This document shows, piece after piece, positions 50,001 to 58,759 of a stretch of DNA of 64,000 nt (the first letter of the stretch is position 1; every line of letters starts with the position of its first letter). The stretch spans positions 4,966 to 68,965 of the forward strand of contig CASIAW010000006.1 in the NCBI GenBank assembly GCA_949372875.1, read 5' to 3'. The notes below the pieces were generated by a model. That model searched no databases, had not been told where the DNA came from, and saw only the letters and a list, made by a program, of their open reading frames with translations. Both the position numbers and the translations under genes were made by a program. This stretch comes from Candidatus Poseidoniaceae archaeon (GTDB lineage Archaea; Thermoplasmatota; Poseidoniia; Poseidoniales; Poseidoniaceae).

Positions 50001-50464
50001 AACCGATAATTGGTGAAGAATTTTCCCTCTTTGTCCGCGTTTCAAACGTTGGCATACTTCCGGGGAACATAACCGTAGAATGTTACGATGATTTAGGACG
50101 GCTTCTTGCCTCCAATTCAAGCAGTATAGAAGGCGGTTCTTGGGTTGATTATGAATGGCAGATTGAGGCATGGAAAACCGGACGGCTCGGCATTACCGTA
50201 AAATTAGTCAATTATACTGGAAATGTTCCGGTTTTGGTTGCAGATGTACAATCCTCTCAAGATCAAAAAGGTCAATCAGTGACAACAGTAGGATTTGCCA
50301 GCCTCATTTTCCTGCTTTCAGGTGGTATTTTGGTTGCTTCTATTCTTCGAAGAAGGGAGAAAAACAATCAATTTACAACCGACCAAGTCAATTTTGCCAT
50401 GAACCATCGCAGTTTGCCTCCACCTCGTCCGAAGGATTTGGTTGATTTGACTCAAGAGGAATAG
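44051..50464 (+). CDS. Giant (~2140 aa) secreted, membrane-anchored protein with jelly-roll (MAM/cleaved-adhesin-like) repeats and a C-terminal CARDB-like domain
   Basis: GAGGTGA RBS before ATG 44051; signal peptide; three units ending GWFVDE / GIAIDD / GWYIDD; VRVSNVG Ig-like domain; TM followed by RRR. Confidence 0.8.
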   Translation: MLENQHLPRDFWRSSRTALLLVFLMVSGPLSAANDSSFSESLLPAPQSDTTGDLFFHPGVNQSSVNTSLSSAVLVPSNQTFLDGTLEVEPLWNLSDGNGSQFGVSAANQWNGTHQQTNGIGHGGKLTLATNSSLGSITNFESTVVVAPGWLGTGHDHQSWSIQRPSIVPFSSPSGMLVPSNGSNSVGFLATQALGDLGPDMDGCLRSPIIQGPTFVKNYSLSFEHWTALDQSDAAWVEIRHTNGTWGLISPIGGYPYTVQLNNTPTTVWNGEDSTWQTAEFQLDAYVTDMQDLVQFRLCFQTSSTLGARGGWFVDELKVHNQGDDTASWFHGNMSGDYSPNANGELVFPLDLVNYTGQNVELEIWANWDIQGGASDSLSAWLSLDNGSSYSPISTYPGHPSIGAVCSGAWFNGADSLGEWCPVRFSLPWTVTAPANASTALLRFKVLTDSQINYGGTTSSGWEGIAIDDLSIWTDRGTPSEVFHRLNNFTNQPSGINGSLDGWLESPLGPNEWQWLTQLGHNTQQTRTFDFDSGNELPAGWSLWAQSNRRWDVGTTSNSSGFGPGVWHSGLNGAGIYLDDEYRNDMWTDLFTPEYYLPENSTSRLTFRSWICTEPNWDGGTVSISTDGGESWWFLPPTLGTFHDQLSTVNSFSPFFNQGIFDGSRVIGGCHNVQRGFDLKEYDLSNLTGSTVRAKFSFFSDQLIELDGWYIDDAGIEIDVYEPSGSWVSEILTPDPLFGWGQLDGFVHEPVNTTVRFDVLDANGTPIPGYQNRTLPVDLPLDVAQFPSLHIRTHMTSLDRLLTPHVERLSIGTPTFFDAYHLTHLGDYGGSHLQDLTVNPDNAIVSSASTNLVSLLWSTNAVCPFQKAEFEMISGNLTATHSQYSVVSSRWNEAYKPTLTQTIERQGRPQLSTDFSLTWFPGDLISGFLFEPICALAPIQPMVHLGTEKHELFSWPESNASHEFGINKNFFSLETSHPGVLNSLQSIDFTAETGTTLANLSVLVARNEGVNPLPSSFDISFLVTAQTDSAPAWIRLAPFGLGQEMASTSETQFQRIQTTGSCSSQYQVTAHLDACILQLQLHGNFTATLSQLQFIPHQQTVSSQLTHQVLNSILQNAANNSSASILEIPLKVQTTRGSVMVNLSYEIQTKLVDHIVSPTHTRWLPKQTVFFETQHWRGDAHSLEWDAPDLSSIQFTLSSSNSYTDRLVEVEAYNLDSTPQFRQLYGVGFASLIVDESSIQCTMNTCSASWAFISHWLMDDVDDIHILAKGVDVDGFYTGPSHLYRQTSFNEIENDLEIINFNVIDDQNRVLNDWSNPQWPFHLNVSQSMEATGKVRFEGIPDSFIGAGDAKIRIDATAVPPLNITGGLDEWTEESIDWQTSWYTDVDSTGGFSILLQAPEDTESLPSNTRILLSPHIERSGPLSENAVTSVDRTSPSQNIPFLFDKIQPSTTTLLILDSGGYAPADDHIWTAQQDVALRLMLQDPEGLSNSIQFYYWLEASHDLNGNGEMEEEEYSSQVVTFNSGLTTAEIDLPLLSWQEILPAGRSSGKASIYVEGFDLAGNTLLGGGAFGSEQDLATFQVQQRFDTLIQTDSLTFDLYNSSLLIGYEHTFRFTITDGNGIESLDSFEFALLSRDQTEQCAIEYEPRFAIVNSDVDCFYSTPTVQVVKTPLQFEWQVEVKFRIAWNVTNASNLSGTPSLKVFDEGQNLGLGLSRLTVFDWTLSTDLTLGSIEISDQTLPIGTITANDVWVHSNDYLHIQTQLYYSNSTIPAQNLPPSVYLQATLADGERTFQQNMSFSSTGNISMLVHLNSSLLKHRLATMNLEIIGISEFTSFQTYALTFDDTAPLLSMPPGVLSRVDSNKLEVQEIIVITSDEIGMNQTSLQMHWHFTRGGLLVESSQGSAPIEYLNGSNPTYTFSSIVDLRPDNESLLLKNDQLVVWFSGYDLSGRELSGVGTEGSPLTPQFRWIAFEPQFEDIVVTPRQPIIGEEFSLFVRVSNVGILPGNITVECYDDLGRLLASNSSSIEGGSWVDYEWQIEAWKTGRLGITVKLVNYTGNVPVLVADVQSSQDQKGQSVTTVGFASLIFLLSGGILVASILRRREKNNQFTTDQVNFAMNHRSLPPPRPKDLVDLTQEE

Positions 50465-50496
50465 TCAAAAACAGAGGGTTCTACGCTCAACAACAA

Positions 50497-50578
50497 GCCG
50501 GGGTTCCCGAGCGGTCAAAGGGGGTGGACTCAAGATCCTCTGCGTAAAGCTTCGCAGGTTCGAATCCTGCCCCCGGCA
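50497..50578 (+). tRNA. tRNA-Leu (anticodon CAA)
   Basis: Acceptor GCCGGGG/CCCCGGC, discriminator A, D-loop AGCGGTCAAA, anticodon loop CT-CAA-GA, long variable arm, T-arm GCAGG-TTCGAAT-CCTGC; CCA not fully encoded. Confidence 0.95.
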
Positions 50579-50611
50579 CCTCTACTCAAAACGCTAAAAT
50601 TACGAATGATG

Positions 50612-51505
50612 TTACTTCAATTCGATAAGTGTCTCGGAAGTAGCTAGGAAACGAACTTTCGGAATAACATAACACAATGGTTCGCTCAATGGAGCAAAAT
50701 TATCAAGCATAGGGCATGAGAATTCCTCAGGCTGAAGTTTAAGCGGTTGAATCGTAGTAGTATCGATTGGTAATTCAATTTGCGAGAATGCGAAAATGGA
50801 ATCACGGTCAGTATAGGATACAGCTGCATCTTGAAAGGAGAGGAACTCTACGATGTCTTCCCATGAGTCAAACAGTTTCGAAAATGGCTTATCGATTGTC
50901 TTTTCATCGCTTTCTTCAACGTAACATTTCAATTCTGGAGCGCTCCCTTTCCCCGGAGAAAGAGTCGTTTCAAAACCGTTATTTTTCCGCTTGTGGGCGA
51001 ATTTACGGGGGTGGTGCGTGGCCAATACATCTGAAAATACACGTGTACCTAAAGCATACAAATGACTGCTCATGCTGTTTTTGAGAAACAGGACGGTCGA
51101 TCCTTGAGGTACATTGGGTGGAGCAGATTTGAGGTAAAGCCTCCAGTTGCTTTGAAGCGGCGAGAGAAATAATCGGCGAAACGGTCCAAGAAAAGATGGC
51201 CCAAAACTCCCGTGTCGGTAGGTGAGAATCGTGAACAGCGTCATACCATCCTTTTCCCACAACTCAAGTCCCCTCGGAACCAAATGACGAAGCTTATCTG
51301 TTTCCAAAATCCAGTTCATGTAGACAACATTTTTTACATCACTTCGTAATTTTAAAAACGGGAAAAAAGATGTGAATTTCCGCCGGTATCGAGCAATGAG
51401 TTTGGAGTTGCAGAGTGCTGCAGTCAACCAGTGAATCGGTCCTCTTCGAGGTGAGACAAAACGATTGCCGAGTAGGTCGAGGGTTTGCTCTTGCTCAACG
51501 ACCAT
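50612..51505 (-). CDS. DUF2071/YqjF-like protein (acetoacetate decarboxylase-like fold)
   Basis: VVYMNW......LRHLVPRGLEL, LQSNWRLY, VLFLKN pattern; convergent on the tRNA 3' end. Confidence 0.6.
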   Translation of the reverse strand: MVVEQEQTLDLLGNRFVSPRRGPIHWLTAALCNSKLIARYRRKFTSFFPFLKLRSDVKNVVYMNWILETDKLRHLVPRGLELWEKDGMTLFTILTYRHGSFGPSFLGPFRRLFLSPLQSNWRLYLKSAPPNVPQGSTVLFLKNSMSSHLYALGTRVFSDVLATHHPRKFAHKRKNNGFETTLSPGKGSAPELKCYVEESDEKTIDKPFSKLFDSWEDIVEFLSFQDAAVSYTDRDSIFAFSQIELPIDTTTIQPLKLQPEEFSCPMLDNFAPLSEPLCYVIPKVRFLATSETLIELK

Positions 51506-51535
51506 GTTCTTGGAAAAGGTCTGCTTCTTTTAACT

Positions 51536-52273
51536 TCATTCACGAGTATGCGAACGGGCCATGAGAATAGCATCAACCAGTGGTACAAATGTGTCGCCGT
51601 GCATGTGAGGTGAACAGACATCTGCGGCAGCTGATACTGATTCAAACGCCCCTTTGACCGCAATAGACCAGTGTGCAGTTTCGAACATTGACAAATCATT
51701 TGGAGCATCTCCAACGCACAGCATGTCTTCTTTTCTCCATCCCAATCGGTCAAGAAGAATACTCAGTCCGCTTCCCTTTGAAAGATGTGGTTCCATCAGA
51801 TGAATCGCAAACCCTGTTCGTAATGCAGTGAGGTGAGACCATTCACTTTCTGCAAGATGCATACGAATTTGTTCTAAATTTTCACCTGGTTCAAGACACC
51901 ATTCACTTTCTCTCCATTGGTTTGATTCAATTCCCCTCCAGCCTCCGTTGAGGTGCATCACCGTATCGAGCCATTGCGCCGCTTTCTTCGCATCATTTCC
52001 ATCTGCTTGAAGGATGGGTTGGTCAAATGAGGGGTGCCAGAGAACACCTCCATTCTCACAACATATTGGACCGGAGAGTTTGAGGAAACGCCACAAACCA
52101 TAGGTGATTCCTCGCACATTTCCAGTTGCGAGAATGACGGGTATGCCCGCTTCTTCAAGGCGGTGCAAGGCATCTAATGCCCGAGTATTGAGACGTTTCT
52201 CTCCATCGGTAAGCGTACCATCAATATCAACAGCGACAAATTTTGGAAACCAATTTTTAGGGAGCCACTGCAT
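51536..52273 (-). CDS. HAD-superfamily phosphoglycolate phosphatase (archaeal TA0175/SPP-like)
   Basis: DIDGTLTD, LATGN, CENGG, SKGSG, VGDAPND. Confidence 0.9.
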   Translation of the reverse strand: MQWLPKNWFPKFVAVDIDGTLTDGEKRLNTRALDALHRLEEAGIPVILATGNVRGITYGLWRFLKLSGPICCENGGVLWHPSFDQPILQADGNDAKKAAQWLDTVMHLNGGWRGIESNQWRESEWCLEPGENLEQIRMHLAESEWSHLTALRTGFAIHLMEPHLSKGSGLSILLDRLGWRKEDMLCVGDAPNDLSMFETAHWSIAVKGAFESVSAAADVCSPHMHGDTFVPLVDAILMARSHTRE

Positions 52274-52377
52274 GATTACGCCCAGTCGTTAGTGTTTGAT
52301 GAAATTTCGCCCTATGGCGGCTCATCTTATTCCCTTTTCAACGGAGAGATTAATTGGCACCCCCCCAAGGGGACATT

Positions 52378-55074
52378 ATGTCAACAGGCAATGAGGAGGA
52401 CGTCTTTCTCGCGCTTGATGATGAGGTTGAACCTAAATTGCCCAAGAAGGGTAAAAAAACCAATCAAAAAACCGCAGAAAAAAAGCCTTCTAAATCTTCG
52501 CCCCCTCCTTCTGTAACGGTCCTCGATGCTGAAATCCTTGACACTTCTATTATTCGACAAGCGACAGGAGAATTTGAAGTTGGATGGCCACTCTTAGGTA
52601 TGGATTGTCCTGATTGTGCAGGCAAGGCCACTCGTGCTTTGAAGACCCTTGTTCACATCAATGATAGCAGCGTTTCAGCGACTGCTGGAACGGTGAAACT
52701 CACCGTCCAACTTGAGTATGGTTCGCTTTCTGAAGCCTCCTCAGTGCTACGTTCTTTGGGCCATGCACCCGATGTTGCTTACAATGAATTAGCGGGTATA
52801 CGTAGTTCACAGGTCGCTCAACGTAACGGAGTCGACCAACGGAAATTAGCCAAGATCTTCCGTCAGCAACCGGGTGTTTTAGATGCAGAGATTACAGATG
52901 ATGAACGCATTCTGCTTCAATTTCCAACAGATGTATCTCAAGAAATGTTTGCTCTACGAGATTCTCACATCCATGAGATTGTTGGGTCTCCAGTCAAGTA
53001 TATCCCTGCCCAATCGAACCGTATTCGCCCCGATCAATGGCGTTTAATTGGTGGCGGCATAGCGTTACCACTTCTGTTGTTGGTCATTTTGGGTGAACTT
53101 CTTGGGTTTTCGTCAATGGTGCTCGGAATTATTGCTCTTCCAGGATTGCTCATAGGTGGCTCTCAAATGTTCAAGGAAGCAATGGCGAGTATTCGAAACC
53201 GGCAACTTGGATTTCAGGTTTTGACAAGTTTGGCAGTCATCGGGGCTGCGATTCTCGGTATGTGGGAGGAAGCACTCATTGTCGCCATTCTTGTAGCCTT
53301 CACCGCACACCTTGAAGGCGATGCCCTTGTGAAAGCACGTAAAGCGATGCAAGGAGGACTTGACCGTCTACCACGTAACGCTCGTAAAGTCAACAAGGCT
53401 CTTTCGCCGAAAATAGCACCAGAAAACCTGGTCGGTATTTCTCTACAGATGTCTTCCGCCTCTCCAGTGATAGGTGCAGGTCAAGGGGTTATACCCGCTC
53501 AAGATGATGGTGAAGAAATGGTCCCAATTGAATTGATTCGAATTGGCGATTCACTGGAAATACGGAGTGGGGAATTGATTCCTGCTGACGGCATAATCCT
53601 CGAAGGCCATGGGTCAATCGATAAAGCACCGCTGACAGGAGAATCGGTTCCGGTGGAAGTTTCAGTTGGAGATGATATTCAAGCAGGCCTCGTCTTGGCT
53701 CGTGGCCCTATTGTCATCAAAGTCACTGCAGTAGGCGACGATACTCGCTTGTCGGGATTGATTGATGCAGTCCATACTTTTCGAGATAAACCACCGCGGT
53801 TGCAGAGCAGCATCGAGTTTTTCACCGCTATATGGGTACCAATTGTACTCGTTGGAGCCGTCGCAATTTGGTATTTCTTATTCCCGAATGACTGGAAGAT
53901 CATTTTGCTCATATGGGTTGTAGCTTGCCCATGTGCTTTGTTACTCGCTACACCCGTGCCTCATGCCGCAGCACTCTCTCGCTCCGCTCACTTTGGTGCA
54001 ATTGTTCGCGGTGGTGACATTATCGAACGTCTTTCCAAAGTGAATCACATTCTGTTGGATAAAACGGGTACATTGACGTCTGGCAAGCCTAGATTAGGAG
54101 AGGTCATCATGGCCAAGGGACGTCAACAATCAGCAGCCTTGAAACTCGCAGGAGGGCTTGAGGCTCGTTCATCGCACCCTTATGCTCTTTCTGTGACGGA
54201 ATATCTCAAATTACAGCGAGTTCCTGCTGGCAAAGTTACTGATATATCGGATATCGAAGCCGGTGTTCAAGGAAAATCTGGCGGGAAAGAAGTGATGTTC
54301 ATCCGCTTTGATCGTTCAAAACAACATGGCGTGACTGTACCGAATGAACTTCAGAATGCGTATAATGATGCAGAACGTCGAGGACATGGAGCGAGTCTAC
54401 TTGTGCGGGAGGGTGATGCAATTGCTCTTTTCACTTTCATCCATGATGACACCCACTCCGGCAGTAAAGAATTGATTGCCGGGCTAAAAAAGCGTTCAAT
54501 CAATGTCGAAATATTATCGGGGGACAATCAAGCAGCTGTTTCAGCCTTTGCTAAAAGTGTCGGTCTCCCTGAATCATCCGCTCACGGTGGATTTTCACCT
54601 GAACAAAAGGTTCAGTGGGTTGAAAACCGTTCAAAAACCCACATTACCATGATGGTTGGTGATGGATTCAATGACGCATCCGCTCTTGCACTGTCAGATG
54701 TTGGTGTGGCAGTTGGAACTGGTGAAACAGTGAATCTTGAAGCAGCAGACGTCCTTATTCCAAGTGATAACCCTCTCATGCTCACCGAGCTCATCGATCT
54801 TTCACGGCGTGCACAGAGAATCCTCATGGGTAATCTCATCATCTCAGTCGGCATCACGCTTGCTCTTGTGGTTGCGGTAATTCTCCAACTTTATGATGAA
54901 CTTTGGGTTGGCGTCTTGATTCATGAAGCGTCGGTTTTGTTGGTGATTTTGAACGGGGCTCGGCTTGCAGGTGGAGGAGGAGGTTTTGCACTTCTTAGTG
55001 CAATATTTATTTCCTTGTGGAGTGATTTGAAAGAATCCTTCTCCTTGCTTAGGTTGAGATATTTTCCACAGTGA
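52378..55074 (+). CDS. Heavy-metal-translocating P1B-type ATPase (ZntA/CadA-like)
   Basis: HMA GMDCPDC, TGES, CPC in TM6, DKTGT, HP, GDGFND, HEAS in the last TM. Confidence 0.92.
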   Translation: MSTGNEEDVFLALDDEVEPKLPKKGKKTNQKTAEKKPSKSSPPPSVTVLDAEILDTSIIRQATGEFEVGWPLLGMDCPDCAGKATRALKTLVHINDSSVSATAGTVKLTVQLEYGSLSEASSVLRSLGHAPDVAYNELAGIRSSQVAQRNGVDQRKLAKIFRQQPGVLDAEITDDERILLQFPTDVSQEMFALRDSHIHEIVGSPVKYIPAQSNRIRPDQWRLIGGGIALPLLLLVILGELLGFSSMVLGIIALPGLLIGGSQMFKEAMASIRNRQLGFQVLTSLAVIGAAILGMWEEALIVAILVAFTAHLEGDALVKARKAMQGGLDRLPRNARKVNKALSPKIAPENLVGISLQMSSASPVIGAGQGVIPAQDDGEEMVPIELIRIGDSLEIRSGELIPADGIILEGHGSIDKAPLTGESVPVEVSVGDDIQAGLVLARGPIVIKVTAVGDDTRLSGLIDAVHTFRDKPPRLQSSIEFFTAIWVPIVLVGAVAIWYFLFPNDWKIILLIWVVACPCALLLATPVPHAAALSRSAHFGAIVRGGDIIERLSKVNHILLDKTGTLTSGKPRLGEVIMAKGRQQSAALKLAGGLEARSSHPYALSVTEYLKLQRVPAGKVTDISDIEAGVQGKSGGKEVMFIRFDRSKQHGVTVPNELQNAYNDAERRGHGASLLVREGDAIALFTFIHDDTHSGSKELIAGLKKRSINVEILSGDNQAAVSAFAKSVGLPESSAHGGFSPEQKVQWVENRSKTHITMMVGDGFNDASALALSDVGVAVGTGETVNLEAADVLIPSDNPLMLTELIDLSRRAQRILMGNLIISVGITLALVVAVILQLYDELWVGVLIHEASVLLVILNGARLAGGGGGFALLSAIFISLWSDLKESFSLLRLRYFPQ

Positions 55075-55141
55075 GGGGCAATCGACCTCTTTACGCGGCA
55101 TCTTCAAACCGTAGAGGGGTTTCTCCCCAAACGGTGAGGTG

Positions 55142-55642
55142 ATGGCACGAGTTCGAGTAGACCCAGTCACAACTGCTCTTGCACACCCCACGCGTCGTGC
55201 CTTGTATGTGGCTTTGTCAAAGAATGAGGAAATGAGTACCGTTCAACTGCAAACAGAAGTGAATGTAGAACGTTACAACCTTTACCACCACTTGAAAAAG
55301 TTAGCCTTCTTGAACTTGATTGAAAACCATCGAGATGCTGGACGCTCTCGGTGGTGGAAAAAAACTTCACACGTGGATTTACCCGAACTGCTTTCCACAA
55401 CGCATCTTCCTTCATCATCACCATCAGGCCCCTCAACAAACGGCTTGGGAGTACTTCCGGATGGTCTTACAGCAGAAGTCGATGAAGGGAGTGAAGTTCA
55501 CATCATCAATCTCGAAGGTTCGAGAGATCAAATAGGAGCAAAACGGATGCTTGAACTTCTCGCACTTGAACACGGAATTGAATTGGATTTACCCTGGAAT
55601 TTTTTACCAGCGAGTATTGCATTGATTGCCAAGAAAAAGTGA
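55142..55642 (+). CDS. ArsR-like winged-helix transcriptional regulator
   Basis: ALAHPTRRALY..L......LYHHLKKL..LNLIE; GGTGAGG RBS; directly downstream of the P1B ATPase. Confidence 0.8.
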   Translation: MARVRVDPVTTALAHPTRRALYVALSKNEEMSTVQLQTEVNVERYNLYHHLKKLAFLNLIENHRDAGRSRWWKKTSHVDLPELLSTTHLPSSSPSGPSTNGLGVLPDGLTAEVDEGSEVHIINLEGSRDQIGAKRMLELLALEHGIELDLPWNFLPASIALIAKKK

Positions 55643-55695
55643 ATACGACCTTTTGAAAGCAAATAACTCAAGAAGTGAGAGCAGGAGCGGATACT

Positions 55696-56088
55696 ATGGG
55701 CGAAGAACTGACAGTCGAATCTCGTGTAGCCCCTCCGCCACTTTCATGTCCAAAATGCGATGGTTTATTGCCAAATGAACTCGGTGAAATACGTTGCACT
55801 TTATGTCCCGCACGTGTCCGAATAGACCACCCTGTAACTCGAAAGAAATGGGCAGAGGAAAAGATTGGCTGTCCCGATTGTGGCAAAGTACTGGTCGTAG
55901 GTGTTAACAAACGTCCAGCACATCTGAAATGCGCATCATGTTCTGCTCACTTTACTGTCCTTCCGAAAACGGCACGTGTTGAAGTCAAGTGCCCTGGTTG
56001 CGAACGTCAATTGCGCATGAAGCGACGCCCAGGTGAACGACAAATCGACTGTCCAGCCTGTGATACAATTTTCAAAGTTACCTTTTGA
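55696..56088 (+). CDS. Triple zinc-ribbon protein
   Basis: Six CxxC motifs (CPKC, CTLC, CPDC, CASC, CPGC, CPAC); AGGAG RBS. Confidence 0.85.
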   Translation: MGEELTVESRVAPPPLSCPKCDGLLPNELGEIRCTLCPARVRIDHPVTRKKWAEEKIGCPDCGKVLVVGVNKRPAHLKCASCSAHFTVLPKTARVEVKCPGCERQLRMKRRPGERQIDCPACDTIFKVTF

Positions 56089-56229
56089 TTCACATAGCGT
56101 AACCTTGGCTTCGAGGAACATCGCCAAGTTGGTTCGTCGCATAACCATCGCAAACAGCCTTGAAGGCTCGCGTTCTTGTCGCGCTCCTTATCTATGATGA
56201 GATGTCCATGAAACACTGGATGGGATACG

Positions 56230-58695
56230 ATGGGATTGAGCGCAAGCAACAGTGACGAGGCTCTTGATGCTGCTCGCAGGAAGCGAGAAAACGCTGACAT
56301 AGTCTCTCTTTCTGCACTTCGGTCACAATTCACATCGACGGCTACATCCTCTCTCGATCAAGCAACAATGACGAGTGCTCGTTTCCGACAAGAAGAGCGA
56401 TTGAGAGCAGATCTCAGACGCGAACGCAGAATCCGACAGCAAGCAATCACCGAACGTGTGAACGTCATGCAAGAAGCATTAGCCAGTGATTTAGCTGTGC
56501 AACATGAACTGACTCTGGATTCACTTGAAAAAGAGATGAGAGAGGAAATGGAGCGTGATTTGAGTACGCTCGAGCGTGATTCACTTGCTCGTGAAGAATC
56601 TCGTATGCGAGGGGAACTTGAACTACGGCTCAATCGCCAACTCGAAACGCTCCAAGACAAACTCGATGTCGAACAGGACATGCGCCTTGAAGAACATAAA
56701 GCGCAACTAAAAGCACAAATTGAAACCCAACTTCAGGATGAACACCGTCAACGTCTCGACATTCAAAAAGAACGACTTGCAATGGAATATAATCAAGAAT
56801 TGCAACGCAGAGTTCGCGAGATTGAAGCAAATATTGAGCATGAGATGGAAGAACGGTTCAAGGAAATGGAAGTTTCAGAAATTTCTCGCCTTGAAGAAGG
56901 TCATGCTGCTCGACTCGCTGAACGCGAGGAGCAATTACGCCGAGGTATCCGAACCCGCCTTGAACAACAACTCCGTACTCGCTTAAAGCAACGTGAAGCC
57001 CGCTTGAAGGCTGAATATGAACGTCGTAGTCTCCGCCTCGAAGAGGATATTGCAGAACAATTACAGGTTGAACTTGAAGGACGTCTCCGTCAAGAAACCG
57101 ACGATTTGGAAGAAAGAATGCGAGAAGATGTGGAATTAGCAATTGCTCGACGAAGAGATGAACTACGAGTCGAAATCGAACAACAATTGCAGACACGTCA
57201 TGCAGAACGTCTTTCAGAGCGTAAGTCTCGACTTCGAGAGAAATATGACATCACCTTTTCCAAGGCAGTGGATGATATTTCACGCTCTCTCAAATCAGAT
57301 GTTGAATCCGAACTTGATGTTCGAATGGATGAAGAGTTCAGCAGTTACCGCAACGCTCGAGAGGCTGAAATCCAAAACCGACTAGCACGTTATCGATATG
57401 AACGTGAAGCAGAACTTCGAGATCAACTTGAAAATCAATACGAATCAAAGAAGGTCGACTGGTCCGAACGTCTAGAGTTAGAATTCCAATCTCGTGAGGC
57501 ATCTGCTCGTAAAGCGATTATGTCTGAAGTGGATGCAGGTCTACGAAATGAACGCCTGACCTTTGAAACCGATCTTGACCTTCTCAAAGAAGAAACCTCA
57601 CTCGAACTTGAAGTCGATATGGAAGACCGTCTCAACGAATTCCGAGTCCGCAAGGAAGAGGAAGTTGCAACACAACTTGAACGACAACTGGACAAGCGTG
57701 AAGAAATCATGCGAAACAAGGCACTTATCGATGTTCGCAAGCGTGAGACTCATATTCGTGCAGAGATTGAAGCGCAACTGGGCTTAAAGAGAGCCGAGAT
57801 TCGCACTCGTCTCCAGACCTTAAGTGAGAAAATGGATGCTTTCAAGGAAATGGCCGAAGATCAAATGCGTAGCGCCATCTCAAAGCAAATTGAAGGGGAA
57901 ATCGACACTGCAGAATCGGATGTTCGAACTCGAGAAGCAGAGTTCCGGGAACTTCAATCTACGGACACTCGTGCTGAAAAGCGACAAATGTGGATGCAAT
58001 CCATTTCAGGGCAGAATGCACCTGGGGCAATTGATTCAATGACGCCTGGTGCTCTTGGCGCTCGTTCAAATGCATTAGGCTCCAGTGCTGGACGTGAAAT
58101 GCGTGGTGTACTCTCAGGTCAACAGCAAGCACCTCAACCTCGAATGGGCTTGAGTGGAATGCGTAGTCCGATGACAAGTTCCAAACCATTGGCTCCTCAA
58201 AGCGGTATTCCGCTTGCACGACCAGTCAAAACACCTCTCGGTGGTGGCGATGCACCGTCACTGCCTCAACCAGTTCAAAAGTTGGTAAGAACACCTCTTC
58301 AGCCAATCAGTTCACCCGCTGCAGAAACGCAAATGGAGCAAGTAGTAGAGCCAGTTTCAGAACCTGTAACAGAGGTTGAACCTGTAGCAGAGGCTGAACC
58401 ACCTGTAGAGGAAGTTCAAGAGGAGGAAGTAGTAACAACGCTTCGTCCTATTACAGCTGTCCTTGAAGCACTGGAAACTCCAGAAGTTGTGAAAACAACG
58501 ACGTTGACTCCTCAGCGGCCTCAAATGATTCCAAAGAAAGAACGTGGTTCACCTCCGCAATCAAAACGCGGAGAGGTTCCAAAGTCTGGGGACGTAACCG
58601 TCTTGAAGCCTGTTCAGAGACTGACTCCACTCAAACTGACCCCTCCGACTCAAGCCTCTGATTCAGAAGAAGAAGGCGAAGATGAAGACGAGTGA
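56230..58695 (+). CDS. Long E/R-rich coiled-coil protein with Pro-rich disordered C-terminus
   Basis: About 580 aa proline-free E/R/L/Q helical region followed by P/T/E-rich tail; no ATPase or TM motif. Confidence 0.85.
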   Translation: MGLSASNSDEALDAARRKRENADIVSLSALRSQFTSTATSSLDQATMTSARFRQEERLRADLRRERRIRQQAITERVNVMQEALASDLAVQHELTLDSLEKEMREEMERDLSTLERDSLAREESRMRGELELRLNRQLETLQDKLDVEQDMRLEEHKAQLKAQIETQLQDEHRQRLDIQKERLAMEYNQELQRRVREIEANIEHEMEERFKEMEVSEISRLEEGHAARLAEREEQLRRGIRTRLEQQLRTRLKQREARLKAEYERRSLRLEEDIAEQLQVELEGRLRQETDDLEERMREDVELAIARRRDELRVEIEQQLQTRHAERLSERKSRLREKYDITFSKAVDDISRSLKSDVESELDVRMDEEFSSYRNAREAEIQNRLARYRYEREAELRDQLENQYESKKVDWSERLELEFQSREASARKAIMSEVDAGLRNERLTFETDLDLLKEETSLELEVDMEDRLNEFRVRKEEEVATQLERQLDKREEIMRNKALIDVRKRETHIRAEIEAQLGLKRAEIRTRLQTLSEKMDAFKEMAEDQMRSAISKQIEGEIDTAESDVRTREAEFRELQSTDTRAEKRQMWMQSISGQNAPGAIDSMTPGALGARSNALGSSAGREMRGVLSGQQQAPQPRMGLSGMRSPMTSSKPLAPQSGIPLARPVKTPLGGGDAPSLPQPVQKLVRTPLQPISSPAAETQMEQVVEPVSEPVTEVEPVAEAEPPVEEVQEEEVVTTLRPITAVLEALETPEVVKTTTLTPQRPQMIPKKERGSPPQSKRGEVPKSGDVTVLKPVQRLTPLKLTPPTQASDSEEEGEDEDE

Positions 58696-58759
58696 AGAGA
58701 AAAAATCTCTTGATGCCTCCAAGGGTACGCTTCATATCGCTAAAGGTCCTCGGGATACT

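Noticed and set aside
56230-58695. SMC/Rad50 or phage tape-measure protein
   Set aside because: No Walker motifs, hinge or zinc hook, and no neighbouring viral genes
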